Positions 23,305 to 36,244 of a stretch of DNA of 64,000 nt are shown in pieces. Within the stretch, counting starts at the first letter, position 1. Each line of letters opens with the position of its first letter. The stretch comes from Parasitella parasitica NRRL 2501 (Eukaryota > Fungi > Mucoromycota), in assembly GCA_025201805.1 (NCBI GenBank), contig MU619310.1, positions 86,124 to 150,123 on the forward strand, given 5' to 3'. The notes beneath the pieces are model-generated. The model worked only from the letters and a program-made list of their open reading frames with translations. It did not search any database and had not been told where the DNA came from. Made by a program: the position numbers and the translations under genes.

Positions 23305-24683
23305 ATGTCTGATTTTTCCGCTTTCCTTGGCGGTGAAAACCGAATACTTTTACCGTTTTTCGCCTATCCAGCCCTAGCGATTGCGCCTATGGTTGCCTTG
23401 GTTGGCGGCATCGTTATTCCACCTGAAAGATTTTCGAGTTCGGCAAAACACATGGCATCTATTCCACTGCTCTTGGCAGTAGCCTTGATACCTTTTGGAT
23501 TCACAAATGGAAACAAAAGTAAGTGCATTGCAGACTGCAGTATATCGCCCTTCTTTGATCGCTAAACACACCTTCTTGCTTGTGTCTAGTTATCGACCTG
23601 GTTGTAGGTGTAGCAGCTTACAATCTTTTTTTGAGGTTTGTAGAGCTGTACTGGGTGGGGCCTTCAGTGCAGGGTCGGCCAGTTTATGCCTCAACAGAGA
23701 GTCTTTGGGTGGACTTCTGGAGCTGTATGCGCGCCTTTCCGAAACCAGCCAAAGAGGATACACCAGAGTTGAAAAAAGGACAAGTTAGAGTGTATAAAAA
23801 AGACAAGGTAAGCTTGGTTTTACGGGAAGGCGCACATCACTGGATGAGCTCATTGTAATGAGACACTTTATAGAAATTCTATCATGTCATTTTGTACATG
23901 ACGGGTCATATGGTTGTCACAGATGTGCTCGCCAGCTGGATTGCTTCATTTACTGGAAGCGAGATACGCCAAATGGCAGAAGAGAGGCCCGGCTTGTTTT
24001 TAATCTATTTTATCCTTGTCAACGTCCTTCTACATTCTGCCTTTAACTCTGTTGGCTACGGTCTCCAGCTGTTTTGCTGCATCACTTACGAAGGCGGCTC
24101 TTATTCATCTGAGCAGTGGAGGTCTTTGATGCTGAACCCGCTCAAGTCACAGTCTTTAGACGAGCTCTGGTCTCTTCGCTGGCATCAATTCTTCAAATCC
24201 ACCTGGCTCGCATTTCCATTTCGGCCTGTTCGTGTCCTAGTTGAACGTGCGCTCACAAAACGAGTGAGAAACGCAAAGGCTGTTGCGTTTCTGCTAGCTT
24301 CTATTTCTGTCTTTGCAGCATCCGCATTCATGCACGAGTACGTGATTGCTGCCAACGTGGGTTTACCTATTTATAAACGTGTGTTTGCAGGTGAGCAATG
24401 CATATTTTTTATCGGTCATGGCTTGGGCGTATTCTTTGAGCATGTAGTGCAGATGATGGTCATTGCAAAACTGCCCAAAAGCTTTCAAAATTCTGCGCTT
24501 CACGGTGCCCTGGGTCGTTTATGGACACTTGCTTTTGGCTATGCTACATTTTACTATATCGCTAATGGGTTCGTCTCCTGGGGCTTTCAATGTGATATCC
24601 CACTTGCATTTTCAAAGCCTTATATCGCCGATTTTGTGCAATCTCATCCTCGTCTTCTTGCTGTTTGGGGAAGTCGCATTTAG
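23305..24683 (+). CDS. Membrane-bound O-acyltransferase (MBOAT_2, wax-synthase type). Exons 23305-23518, 23590-23807, 23874-24683.
   Basis: Multi-TM protein with NPLKSQSLDELWSLRWHQFFK and FAASAFMHEY (catalytic His). Confidence 0.88.
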
Positions 24684-24922
24684 ATTCAATATTAACCATT
24701 ACAACTATAGACACCAAATATCATCTCATGGAAAAAAAAAAAGACTTTTAAAAAATAGACAATCGCATGTACATAAAAAAATATATATATACAAAGGCAT
24801 ATAATAGTATCAATATAAACTGGATTTAACGCCTACTCTACCTGTGTATGCTATAACGTTGAACGTTTGTCTGGTTATTAGCTAGACTAAGTCTGAAATA
24901 AATCAAATTTTATTAAAAGGAA

Positions 24923-27823
24923 TTATGCTACAATTTTTTCAAGAATGATTGCAGCTACATGCGAGCCGATCTGTAGCAAAATTTGGAACAGAAACCTGGG
25001 AGCAAAAATCTTCCATGTCATTAAATGTCTCCTCAAGACAAAGATAAAGATGGCGCTCAGAAAGGTAGGTATAGATTGAAGCAAAACAAGTAAATGCAAT
25101 GCTTGGCGCTGGTGGGGATTTTCAGATAGTAAGACGAACCAGCCAAGCCAAGTAATTATATAGCCTGCCATCATTGCGACTGTCACTAAAACCATGCCTC
25201 CATAATAATTCATTTCATCGAACCCCACAAAGGCAGCTTTCCAGGGCAACGAAGTGAACGCAGCCTGGTGTCCGGTACCAAAGAACAAATGGTGGCCCAA
25301 GAAATGCAGCATCGTCAGTCGAATCAGCAGGCTGTTGGGTTTGCCTGTTGTTAAAAGCTTGATTATCCAAGGTGAGACAAGAATAAGAGCAGCGCCCAAG
25401 GGACGCTGCACGATCGCTAGCACTGGTGTCCATAGAAACAGCAATGTCCAGCTCAAGACATAACGGGAGCGACTATTAAAATACCAATCTGCCAGCGTCA
25501 TATTGTTGCCTACAAAGATCAAGCCATACACCAGGCGGGGCATGTATATATCGAGTACATGATGCACCATCAAGGCTGTCTCGCTCTTTTTATTCTCGAT
25601 ATCAAGAGACTTGGCGCCAATCTCGTAAAAGATCCTAAAGAGAACCATGATGCAAGATACAATATAACAAGCGCCTACTGTTAGCCCCGCGAGTTGGTTC
25701 AATGTGGTCGTAGAGAAGATGGTCATGCCATACAAGACGACAACGAACGCAATAGTAAGGTAACCCGTGTAGTTTTCGAGGTTGAATTCAAGCATGCCGC
25801 TGTGTAAATAATCACAATGAGGAAATTGTTCTTCGCGGCATTGGCCAATGTTGCTAGTAACTCGCAAGACGACCACAAACAAGGTGGGATACAGCAAGGC
25901 CAATGCATACTCTGTTTTCGTAGAGGCCGCTTGCAGGTTGCGCGCGATCCAGATCAAGGTCAAAGTAGCCAGCACAAAGCGAGTGCCACGGTCTTCCCAG
26001 ATGACAAAGCTGTTGGATCCCAAAGTACACGCCTGCACGATCTGAGCGATCAAAATGATATACCAATCGGACAAGGCAGACGATTCTGGCTTCAACGTAA
26101 ATGCCATGCAGCAGACAGCTACAGCGGCAGACACGCCGATCCAGTCTACGTGCACAGTCTTTTCAAACCATCCTTGCATCGCTACTTCAGGATGGTAGCG
26201 CGCATACGAAGCTGCGAAACTAACAGCAGCAGCCGAGACGCCAACCATGGACAGGCGCTTGTAAGAAGCACTGAGCTCAGGATGCATCAACCACAAGGAA
26301 GCCAAAGTGCCCAGTCCCAACAGCACAATACCCAGCAACATACAGCCTGTGTCGAACTGAGCCCAGATGCCTTCACAATACTTGATTGTGCCAAGCATGA
26401 AAGCATCGTACTCCAAGATGGCCTCTTCCAACTGTGGAAGATAGGTTGTGTGATCATTTGCAATTGAAGCTGAAAAATCAGACTCCTTGGTGGTCTGCGC
26501 CATAATCTCCTCGGCAGCAAACAGATGGTGTGTGATGAATTGAAGCCTATCTGGTGAAAAGTCCAACTGATGCGTTTGTTGAGAATACTGGTCGAGGTAG
26601 TTTTTAACCTGCAAAGCGTTTGTCCGGAACTCTTGAGCCATGTGCAAGACATTGCGCATTCTTTGGCCTGCATCAGGGTGCTCTGGCATAAGGATATCTG
26701 GGATAATGGCTCCCAAGCTACCGAAAGGGATAGGTGTACCAAGCAGGTAGGCCAGAGTAGGCGCCAGATGGATTTGCGCTACGATGGGATAGGCTGCTGC
26801 ATCGTAACCGAGTCTTTGCGAAATGCCAGGAATATCGTAGCCAAGCCTCAGAGCTCGTGCTTCATGAATCCGACGGTAAAAAGCTTGGTAATAGTCGGAT
26901 GTAAAAGTCAATGGTCTGCCTGAATACATGAACAATGTACTGACAAGCTCCTCTATGCTTTCGCCTCCGTGGTCCCCCTCTACAGACATGCCGTGGTCGC
27001 CCATAACAACCAGCAGTGTATCTTGATCCACGTAATCCGAGGCTAGGCGTGCAATGACGCTGTTCATTTGATTCAGTTTGCGCTTCATGTTGGGGTCTGA
27101 GGGGCCGTAAGTATGTCCACAGTGATCTACGCCCAAGAAATGAGCAATCATGACCTCCCAGTCATCGCCATCAGCCACGTCCCATAGACGAGATAAGATG
27201 GCATTGTCGACAGAATCTAAATCAAGCATTTTGAAACTATCGCTGTCAAATGTACGCTCAGAGACAAAGCTCTCTGGGAACAGGCTGACCCATGTATCAT
27301 CGCCCAAAAAGTACATGGTCTTGTTCTGGATATGGCGCAACAGATGATCCTCGGCAACAGCAGACGAAGCAAAGTTTGAGCCGGCGTCAATGAATGTGGG
27401 CAAAGAGCCTGTCATTAGGCCCTTGATACGCTGCATGGTAGTAGTGGGTGGATCAGCACGAAATTGAAACAACAAGGATGATTCTGGCTGAGCAGCTGTG
27501 ATCTGTTGCATGACGGGGAGTTGGTTGAGATAATGTGCCGTGCTTGTCGCGTTGATGGTAAAATCAAAACGAAGCGCATCCACCAGGACAATGATAGTAC
27601 GTCGATAGGGTTTTCTAGACGGAACGGTAGGTGGCTGCGTGATAGATGAGGACTCTGTCTGGTGGAGAGGAAAATCCTCCCAGGGCTCAAGAACAGTGCC
27701 CCGTATATCAAGTGTTTGGCGTGTGAGTAGAAATCCTTTGAGAAATAGGTAAAGGCCAAATATCTGTAAAAACGTCAGTACAGTGAACGTTAGGCCCTTT
27801 GAAGGCCTAAAATTGGGGTGCAT
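24923..27823 (-). CDS. GPI13: GPI ethanolamine-phosphate transferase 3 (Gpi13/PIG-O)
   Basis: DALRFDF, ADPPTTTMQRIKGLMTGSLPTFIDAGSNF, HFLGVDHCGH, GDHGM..GDHGG, TGHQA and LRRHLMTWKIFAPRF. The likely start is MHPNF at 27823. Confidence 0.93.
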   Translation of the reverse strand: MHPNFRPSKGLTFTVLTFLQIFGLYLFLKGFLLTRQTLDIRGTVLEPWEDFPLHQTESSSITQPPTVPSRKPYRRTIIVLVDALRFDFTINATSTAHYLNQLPVMQQITAAQPESSLLFQFRADPPTTTMQRIKGLMTGSLPTFIDAGSNFASSAVAEDHLLRHIQNKTMYFLGDDTWVSLFPESFVSERTFDSDSFKMLDLDSVDNAILSRLWDVADGDDWEVMIAHFLGVDHCGHTYGPSDPNMKRKLNQMNSVIARLASDYVDQDTLLVVMGDHGMSVEGDHGGESIEELVSTLFMYSGRPLTFTSDYYQAFYRRIHEARALRLGYDIPGISQRLGYDAAAYPIVAQIHLAPTLAYLLGTPIPFGSLGAIIPDILMPEHPDAGQRMRNVLHMAQEFRTNALQVKNYLDQYSQQTHQLDFSPDRLQFITHHLFAAEEIMAQTTKESDFSASIANDHTTYLPQLEEAILEYDAFMLGTIKYCEGIWAQFDTGCMLLGIVLLGLGTLASLWLMHPELSASYKRLSMVGVSAAAVSFAASYARYHPEVAMQGWFEKTVHVDWIGVSAAVAVCCMAFTLKPESSALSDWYIILIAQIVQACTLGSNSFVIWEDRGTRFVLATLTLIWIARNLQAASTKTEYALALLYPTLFVVVLRVTSNIGQCREEQFPHCDYLHSGMLEFNLENYTGYLTIAFVVVLYGMTIFSTTTLNQLAGLTVGACYIVSCIMVLFRIFYEIGAKSLDIENKKSETALMVHHVLDIYMPRLVYGLIFVGNNMTLADWYFNSRSRYVLSWTLLFLWTPVLAIVQRPLGAALILVSPWIIKLLTTGKPNSLLIRLTMLHFLGHHLFFGTGHQAAFTSLPWKAAFVGFDEMNYYGGMVLVTVAMMAGYIITWLGWFVLLSENPHQRQALHLLVLLQSIPTFLSAIFIFVLRRHLMTWKIFAPRFLFQILLQIGSHVAAIILEKIVA

Positions 27824-28436
27824 GATTTGGAAAGAATGAGGAAAACAGTGGCACCCACCCACCCACTCCCCCCCCCTCACAAAACCGCAAGAGTGGCATG
27901 AATCTCATAAAGACACACCCATCAACACATCCAGATGTTGAACAACGAAAAGCAGTCTTTCCAGTACAAGACAAAGGTGTTGGATGCAATGTCTGTAAAA
28001 TACTGTACCACACACGACTTGGAAAGAGGCTCGAGAGGGGGGGGGGGGGGCAATAGTTGAATGACTGTAAAAGACTTTAGTAGTGTCCCATTACAACGAC
28101 AATGGTGGCACGGCTCATTGGTGCACTTGATTTGGCCGTCAGGATGGTATGACTGTGATGGTTTTTTGTTCGATAGGCATTTTTACAGTACTTTCCATTC
28201 ACAAAATTCTGCAATCGAATAAAGCTGCTCTAGGCATTTCGTTTGATGCGTTGGTCTCTTTGATTTTCCTGGCCTGATTACCTTATCACCTTTTGGTTTG
28301 ATCCAGGCTGACAGTGGCTCATTTACGCGACAGTCACCGTATGTGTGTGCTTCTTTTTATTCATGAAAAAAATTCGAACTCGTTCTCTTTTTTTTTTTTT
28401 TTTACTGTGAACAAGCGCACACACATAATCAATACA

Positions 28437-29349
28437 ATGGATGCCAACAACAACGAAGCCACTAGATTATGGAGGGTTTTCCGCACTGCACATCAAATGG
28501 TTCATGACAGAGTAAACTACCTTGAAGACGGAATCAAAATTACCAAGCCAACTAAACTACTGACTCAAATTAGGGCTATCTCGTTTCTCAATCAGAGCTC
28601 GACATGGATTTGGAATCTTTCAAGCGCTCGTTTGCCCTTTTTTTTGTTTTTGGCTATGCCTTTAGAAAACTAAATGCTAAATGTGTGTGTCCAGTCGCGA
28701 CCAGTTGACATTTGTTGTTCAAAAGAAGGACGACCCTATTGATCAGTTGCTTGTTTTCTTTCCCAAAGACAGTTCGGTTGGTGTCAAACCTTTAAGAGTG
28801 TAAAGTCAAATCCTTGCTGTGATGTAATGCATGTGGTGCCTAACCTTTCATATAGCTATGTCGAACGTATGGCACAACAGCAGATCCCCAAGGGTGTCTG
28901 TATTTACCAAAAGAGCATGACTTCTTCAGCCAACAAGGTCATCCAATCTTTGCCTTCAAAGCACACTTTAGAGTCGTTCCAAGAGAATGAATTATTAGTC
29001 AACATCACACACCATGTGCTGGTACCTAAACATGAGGTTTTAACTACAGAGGAAAAAGCAACCTTGTTGCAAAGATAGTAAGTGTCTGGGTCGTGTGTTG
29101 TGTATGTGCATGCTGGACATTTACCATTTGTTCATGGTAGCCGTTTAAAGGAGACTCAATTGCCTCGTATTCAGCACACTGATCCCGTTGCAAGATACTA
29201 TGGCTTGAAGCGTGGACAGGTACGTACAAGGCGGTTATGGTAAAGGGGGGGGGTATTGTGGAGGCTGATTTTTGTTTCGTTAGGTTGTCAAGATTTTAAG
29301 AGAAAGTGAAACTGCCGGTCGCTATGTCAGTTATAGATTATGTATTTAA
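28437..29349 (+). CDS. RPB5: RNA polymerase I/II/III common subunit Rpb5, 6 exons; exon-2 donor uncertain
   Basis: RLWRV...[73 protein letters not shown]. Confidence 0.95.
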
Positions 29350-30576
29350 GAAAAGGAGAGGAGAGGAAACGCTGCTATTCGACCTATCACCACACACAAA
29401 ACACACAAAACACTCGCCATCTCGAGCTTTTTCCTACTTTCTTTTATATATTATCACTTTTTACAATACTTCATCATTAAAAATGCCAATCCCCATATAT
29501 TGCTGTGTGTGCGTATATAAAGATCGCAATGTCAACATGGTATCCAGGATCCGCAGAAATTAGATTTATGCTATAATAAACGTTTAGAATTGTTAGGTTG
29601 TCTAGGCAGTCAAGGAAATTTCGTTTTACATCTTGTTATTTGCCGAATTTATATATCAGAACAAACATGTTGTGGCATTACACGACACACCGTGTTTTTA
29701 TCATTCCTTTTCTTGGGTTGATTTTTTATTATTATTATTATTATTATTCTGCCTATAATTCCTGATCTGTTGTGTTTCTATTATTTTATGTTTCGCTCTT
29801 ACTATTCATTACTCTCTGGCCAACAGTTGGTAAGCTTTATTAGTCCTTCATCAACATTTTTTTATTTTTAGATATAAATCATAACGCATTACAATTTATT
29901 CAATCTTTTCAGACTCAAACATGGCAGAACTTGGCCATAAAAGCATATGTCCATACCGTTAGATTTTTTGCAAGTAATAGATCCAACCTTACAGTTTTTT
30001 ATTGAAACTGTTTTGTTGCCGCTTCAACACGGTTGGGACATTTCTGAGCATATCTTTTAATTGCAAAGGCCACAGTTATTGATCAAGGTGTTTAGACCAT
30101 TTATTTTGACTAATTTTTGTTAAAGGTACAGTATGCTTTTACAGAAAAAAGAAAGACATCAAAGCCAAAATACGAAAGTCCTTTAGTAAGCTTAACTGAG
30201 AGGTAAAGGAACAAGAGAATTTGAGCATTCAAATCAAAGATGCCAAGTTTGATTCTCCTTTTTCTATTGGAAAACATTTGATCAATCTTTCCCGACACCT
30301 GCAAGAATACGAAACGAACCTTTAAAGTGATGCAACCATTCCTAGGGCTTGCTGGGACTTTATTTATGAATAGCATCCTTCTGAATAATCAAGACAGCAT
30401 ACTTAATATGCCTTTTTTATTAAAAAATAAATAAATTTATAAAAAGGCAGTGATGCTATACAGCGACAGGTAAAGAACAAGAAAAATGCGTTAAAATGAA
30501 GGAAAGGCCACTTGCAATGATTCAACATTTTATTATGGTTATACTGTCATGTTATATGTATATGCCATCCGAGCTT

Positions 30577-31715
30577 TCAGACTACATTGGAGCTCCTTTT
30601 CGTGGGTAATCTACTTACATAATGCTGCTGTTGAGTTGTGGTCGCTGTCGAAGCGGTTACTTTTGGAATATCATGGTTAGCCAATGCTATACCAAACGCA
30701 GCTTTTGGGATTTTACTTTGCTGCTGAGTTGTGTGTGATTTGGCTATAGATGGTCGCTTTTCTTGGCTTTTGTCGTCCTGTTGGCTATGGCGGCTACAGG
30801 AGCTGCTTGTGCTGCCACTAGAGACTGAATTCCTTTCCAATGACAGGTTAGATGAGGAAGAAGAAGCACTCCAAGTAGCAGCAGGTGCTGCTAATACGTC
30901 TTTGTTTGTTGTATTATTGGTATGCTGACGAGCAGGCACAGGTATAAAGCTGCCGCTTGACCCTCGTCTATCGCTTTTAAGCGTTGTAGAAAAGGTCGAC
31001 TTTTGTAATGGTTCTTCTGTTAAAACTGACTGCTGCTTACGAGGAATTAAGGATACCACTGATTTTCTCTTTGTCATCTTTGAGATTTCCTTGGGTAGCG
31101 AGGCATCTTCTTGTTGATTTCTGCCTGTGCTTGTCTCATTCGATTGCAGGAGCTGCGGTGATGGTTCTGGTTGCACTGCTTGTGGGGGTTCTACCTGTGA
31201 TTGCTCTGCTTGTGCTGATGCTGCAAGTTTTGGCGTTATGGCTGTACTGGCTATTGGCGTTTCTGCGATTAGTAAATCATGGGATCCTTGATCAACAATA
31301 ACGCAATTTTCCAAAAGTGATGTTATTGTAGTTGGTAGCTGTTCGTGCTCTTTTAGCTGTTCTAAAACTGGTTGATCTGTCTCTTCTCCTACTGCCATGA
31401 CCTTGTCTTCTGCTGCTGAATTAGGAGTATGAGCTTCAACCTCTTCAAAGGCTGAATCTTCTTCCCTGTCTTGTTCATTGTTCTCTTCAGCCTCAACCTC
31501 TTCTGCTGATGGTCCAGTCCCATTAACAAGCTCTGCTTGCTGAACATCATCAGTTAGGCGCAATGTTGTATCAACCAATGCGGGCAAGCTTTCGCAATTG
31601 TCATTTAGAGTTGCTCCTTGTTTCTCTACATGCAAGGGGCTAGTAAAAATTTTATCAAGTTTCGAGTTCGTATTAGTAACAGGCAAACCCAGTGGGCTAT
31701 TTACTTTCTTTTTGT

Positions 31716-31754
<39 letters not shown>

Positions 31755-32231
31755 ATCGTTTGATGGTGAATCAAGCATCGAAGGCTCTGAGGATGGAGAT
31801 GAAGCAGCGGTTGCCAACGCATCGTCATTGTCGGCCGTGGTTGTTTCTTTCCCAGCAGTTGTGTCGATATGATTGTCAGGATAGGAGGGCGAATAGCACT
31901 CCGTAATATCCTCAACCTCTTGGCCAGATGTTTTACTATTGATTTGAGGTGGGATTTCAAGCTTGTCACTTGGCAGCTCCTCTTCCTTTAATTGTGAACT
32001 GCCGAGCAAGCTCGAGTCATCATTTTGCAAGTTTAACTGACGCCGACTATCATGATTTGTTTGGGTATTTTCTGTCGCTGACAGTGATGGTTTTGGCTGC
32101 AATGGCGTTGAAGAGGGAGATGGCGGGAGAGGCTTATTGGTATCCGTATTAACAGAGGCTATTGATGCTGCTGCCTCTGTGGAAGATTTCGCCTGCTTGA
32201 TTTTTGATAATCTCTTTTTGAAAAATTTCAT
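30577..32231 (-). CDS. Uncharacterised low-complexity, probably disordered protein (about 550 aa) with an apparent frameshift in a poly(A) run
   Basis: The MKFFKKRLSK... ORF and the downstream 369-aa ORF join through frame NYKKKVNSPLGLPVTN if the homopolymer at about 31718-31750 is adjusted. Rich in S/T/E/Q. Confidence 0.65.
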
Positions 32232-32421
32232 GTTTTGATCTTGCAGCAATAAAATTGAAAATGGAAAAATACGAAAGAGAAAGAGGAGCTGATAGAAAAT
32301 CATGAGAAAAAAAACAAAAAAAGAAAAAAGGTATCATCGTCGCCTGCATTATACATGTAGTTTATAATAAACTTTCTTTGTAGTAATAAAAAAGGGGGGG
32401 GGGGAGGGTTAAACCAAAAAA

Positions 32422-34005
32422 TTATATATAGAAATTAGAAAGGCCTTGATCATCAATAATGGAAGCGTTATACACATAACCAATGACTACAGAATTTGTA
32501 TTCAAATTTGATATCAAACAGATACGAGATCCTGGATTAATAGGGTCGTCGCCATCCATTCCAATTGACTCCAGATGCTGGTCTACTGAATCCGCTGAAG
32601 ACCCGAGGCTAGATGCCAGTACCCGGCCACTAACTGAGCGTAATAATAGGAATGATAAGCCTGTGCATGGAACAGGTGGTGGCGGTAAATCAACGTTGCT
32701 GTTATCCAGAGGTACCAAGATAGGCATTCGATGATCTTTGAATGCCATATTGATGCTATCAAATGCTTTGGCGGTTTTTGCATTACCGCTGTTTAATTGC
32801 TCTAAATATTTGGATGTAGCTTGGCCGTATGTAAGGCCATTCAAATACTGCACCGTATTTGAATATGCATAACCTGCATCCCAGATCATCACACCGCCAA
32901 AACTTCTGCTACGTCTGATATCGTCCAAGATCACTGTTAATTTCTCGTAGCTGACATAGCCTGTATCCATATGATTTTCTTTGCCCAGTATACCGAGATA
33001 GATCTTGGTACGTCCTTTTGTTCGTTGCTGAGCCCAAGTATCCCAAACATCAAAGTTGAACTGCGTAGATCCTCTGGTTTGGTGTGCTGAAGCAGAGCAG
33101 TAATTGTTGTAGAACTGGACGAATACCATGTCTGGATAAGCATCGTATTTGGGCGCAGGATGAAGTATGTTGTACACTGCGTTTTTTGGATAGTAATCTA
33201 AATCTGGACATTGTGGTGCAGCTGTAATCAGGTATTCGCGAGGTGGGTACTGTGTCTTGTATAACTGACGCAGCGTATCGATATGACGATCGTAGCCAAG
33301 TCCATCAACAGCTATAACTAGCTTAGTTTTTTTTTTTTTTTTTGATATTCCACGGGTCATACATCTACTTACATTCAGGATCATAATCAACGCCATCAAG
33401 AATGGCATCTCCAAAAGGCCTTGGCACTGTTTTGTCTGTGCCGCCCAAGAATTTGTTCCACATCCACCAAGCAAAAAGGTCCGGATCCCAATTTTGTTTG
33501 TGGTAGGGGCCTGCAGCACCACCAACAGACATGAGTACTTTAATACCTTTTTGTTGACAGTATTTGATATCGTGTGCTGCTTCAATACAGTTTTCTACGT
33601 TGTTGCAATTATCTGAAAGGTTCAATATGGGTGATTTTCTAGGTCCACCTATAAAGTCAACCACAAAACCAACGACCACAATAGATACACCTTCTTGATC
33701 GCAATAGTAAGACAGCCGTCTTTCTCCAAAATCGCCTTGGCCCCAATACAAAACAGTATTATTGATATTATTTCGTTGCTAGAGAATTCAAACGATTAAA
33801 ACACTTGTCTCCATAGAAATTTGATATGCAAAGACTTTACAGTATCATCTGATGCTCTAAACAAAGGTATGCTTGACACTGCATTGTCTAGGTCTTGCTC
33901 GATGGCTACACTTAACGAGTTTATATCATTATCTATTTGAGCAAATGCAAAGTGTTGTAGAACAGTGGCGGAAATGTAGATGAGCGTCCATGCTATGCTC
34001 TTCAT
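32422..34005 (-). CDS. Secreted GH18 class III (Cts1-like) chitinase with a C-terminal LysM-like module. Exons 34005-33841, 33778-33373, 33311-32422.
   Basis: Signal peptide, YWGQ, KVLMSVGGA, catalytic LDGVDYDPE, ITAAPQCP, FVQFYNNYC and FGGVMIWDA. Confidence 0.92.
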
Positions 34006-34451
34006 TTTTGTGTGCAAGGTTAAATAAAAAATAAAAAAAAAAAAGGCATAGGAAATATTTTGTCTTGCACAAGGTATATGTATATTGTTGATGGCTTCAT
34101 GTATCAACGAGACAAGAGGAATGGTTAACGGAATGCAAATCGACTGATATCCTCGGCACTACATTATCTAATCAGTAGCATAGCGAGTTCATAGCTAGTG
34201 TTTTGCGTTTTTCGGTAGATTATGAAATGCTGGAAACGCTCAATTGCCATTTCAACGGAACGTCTTGACCGCCCAGTTTAATGTGTACAAATATATTTGG
34301 ATAGCAACCAGGCACAAAGCTTCCAGGAACAGGATTCCAAAAATAGAAAGGAGAATTTCTCTGCTTTGCAACAAAAAAAGCTGTAAAAATACGTGCGATT
34401 TTATTAAATGTGCTAGAATATAATTTATCCCAGAGTACAGTAATAATACTG

Positions 34452-35932
34452 TTAAAAGATAGTTCCGTCGCTCTATTTGAAATTTTCTCGTATGAGTATA
34501 CATGTTATCAAGTAGTATCGATTAAGCATATGTTCATACCTGGATGACAATAGGTGGTCCGCCGTCCTTGGGTCTTAGCTTGGCAGCAATTTCTCTGCCA
34601 GCTGTCCAGGTGCCTCCCTCCAGAACTTGAGCTAATCGAAGCTGACGGCCTAGCTTAGCTTCTAGGCGCTCTTTGATTTTGTCTAGATATACTACAGTCA
34701 AGGCACGCCATTCCACAATCACACGATCAGAGCCCTCAAATGAAGGCAAGTCTCCAGAAGAGCTAAGCATGCCGCGCTCAGCTTCTGCAGGCTTTAGCTT
34801 CAAAAGACCATAGTCTATTAGCAACCCGCCATTGCGATATTCAGGCAAGCCTGTCATTTGCTCCACGCCATCCACAGCAAGGCCCAAAGAAAGCTCCATG
34901 GCTTCAATGAGTGAATACGTGAGCCATTGAGACAGCTTATGGAAAGGTACCAAGTTTTCATGGTCGCCAGCATCCTTCAATGAGGCACAAGGCCAAACGT
35001 CTCCGAGCTGGATACCGTTGATTTGCACTCGAGCAGGCCAGATTTCTCCCAGACTCATCACGGCCTCCCATAACTTTTCAATGCGTACATTTTTTGCTTG
35101 GGAGTCATGTTCGACAGAAGACAAGACGTAGTCTTTTGTGCGCATGTGTCAGAGTGAATGCAATATGGATAGTGTAGACATTTGGAGCACTTACCGATAA
35201 GGTTGCCAGGTCTAGGTGATTCGCCATTGATGGAAGGAAAGTACGTGGGCTGATTTTCGACAGCTTTGGATAATTTCTTTAGTAAGTTGGAACGACCTTC
35301 TAGACCTACCATAGGGTTCTCTTCCGTGACTTGGAAGCCCTCAGTCATACGCTGCAACGTAATAGCATCCAATCCATTCACTAAAAATAAACAAGAAAAA
35401 TAAGCAGTCTGTATTTGTTGTTGGGCATCATGCTAGGAGACAGTTTTCTCACGGTAGACAACATACCGTCAACACGATCTAGGGCCTCCTTTGAGCTAGA
35501 AAAATCGCCTTTCAAGAACATATCAAAGGAGGCTAATGCAAGGCCTTCAGACCTTCCGACTAGCTCGCCGCCACTTGTCTTGTAGCGCCAAGCTTGGCCA
35601 GCACCAGCGTCCACCAGCACAGAAACAATGACCAGATCAATCAACCGACGTGCTTGTTCAACAGCATCGACTCCTTCTGTCTGCCAACGGTTGCGAAGAG
35701 CTTGGAGCTGCTTGGCGTCAAAGTGTCTCAACCTCGAATGAGGCGGGGTTTTATCAAGGTCTGGATAGCGACGTTGAGTGGTTTCAGCGACGTGGTCCAC
35801 AATAGCATCCAAAGCAGTTTCGTCCAGCTCAAAACAGGTCAACTCTCCAAGCAGCCCTTTCTCATATACCTGCAAACATCTATCACGGATAGATTTGAGA
35901 GTACGAAGGTAATCTTGCGCCAGAATAGTCAT
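34452..35932 (-). CDS. URC4: DUF1688 family / uracil catabolism protein Urc4-like, 4 exons
   Basis: PPHSRLRHF, VSVLVDAGAG, GRSEGLA, PFHKLSQWLTYSL, TGLPEYRNGGL, IVEWRALTV and LEGGTWTAGRE. The last exon, SDGTIF*, is at 34472-34452. Confidence 0.88.
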
Positions 35933-36244
35933 CTATTTTTTTTTTTTTTTCAAGTGAGGGGGAGAGAAAGAAGAGCAAAGAAGCATGGCTACCCAACGGA
36001 TTAGAATTAATATTGCAATCAGATTACGTTTTGCATGATAAACACGCTCCCCACGTCGCACAATATTTGTTCTTGCATAAACGTAAACATGCAACTTACG
36101 GAATATGCTCCAAGATTGGACATGTCATCCCTTATACTTTTTTTTTTTGCAAGAGACTACTTTGTAGTTTGTCTATCTAGCAGACATTACCGAGGTATGT
36201 TTTAATAATCTATGGGGTTTTTTTTTATTCTCATTGTACAAAAA

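Noticed and set aside
29780-30380. Coding-like minus-strand fragments between RPB5 and the next gene
   Set aside because: There are stops in all frames and no recognisable family, so I cannot support a call.
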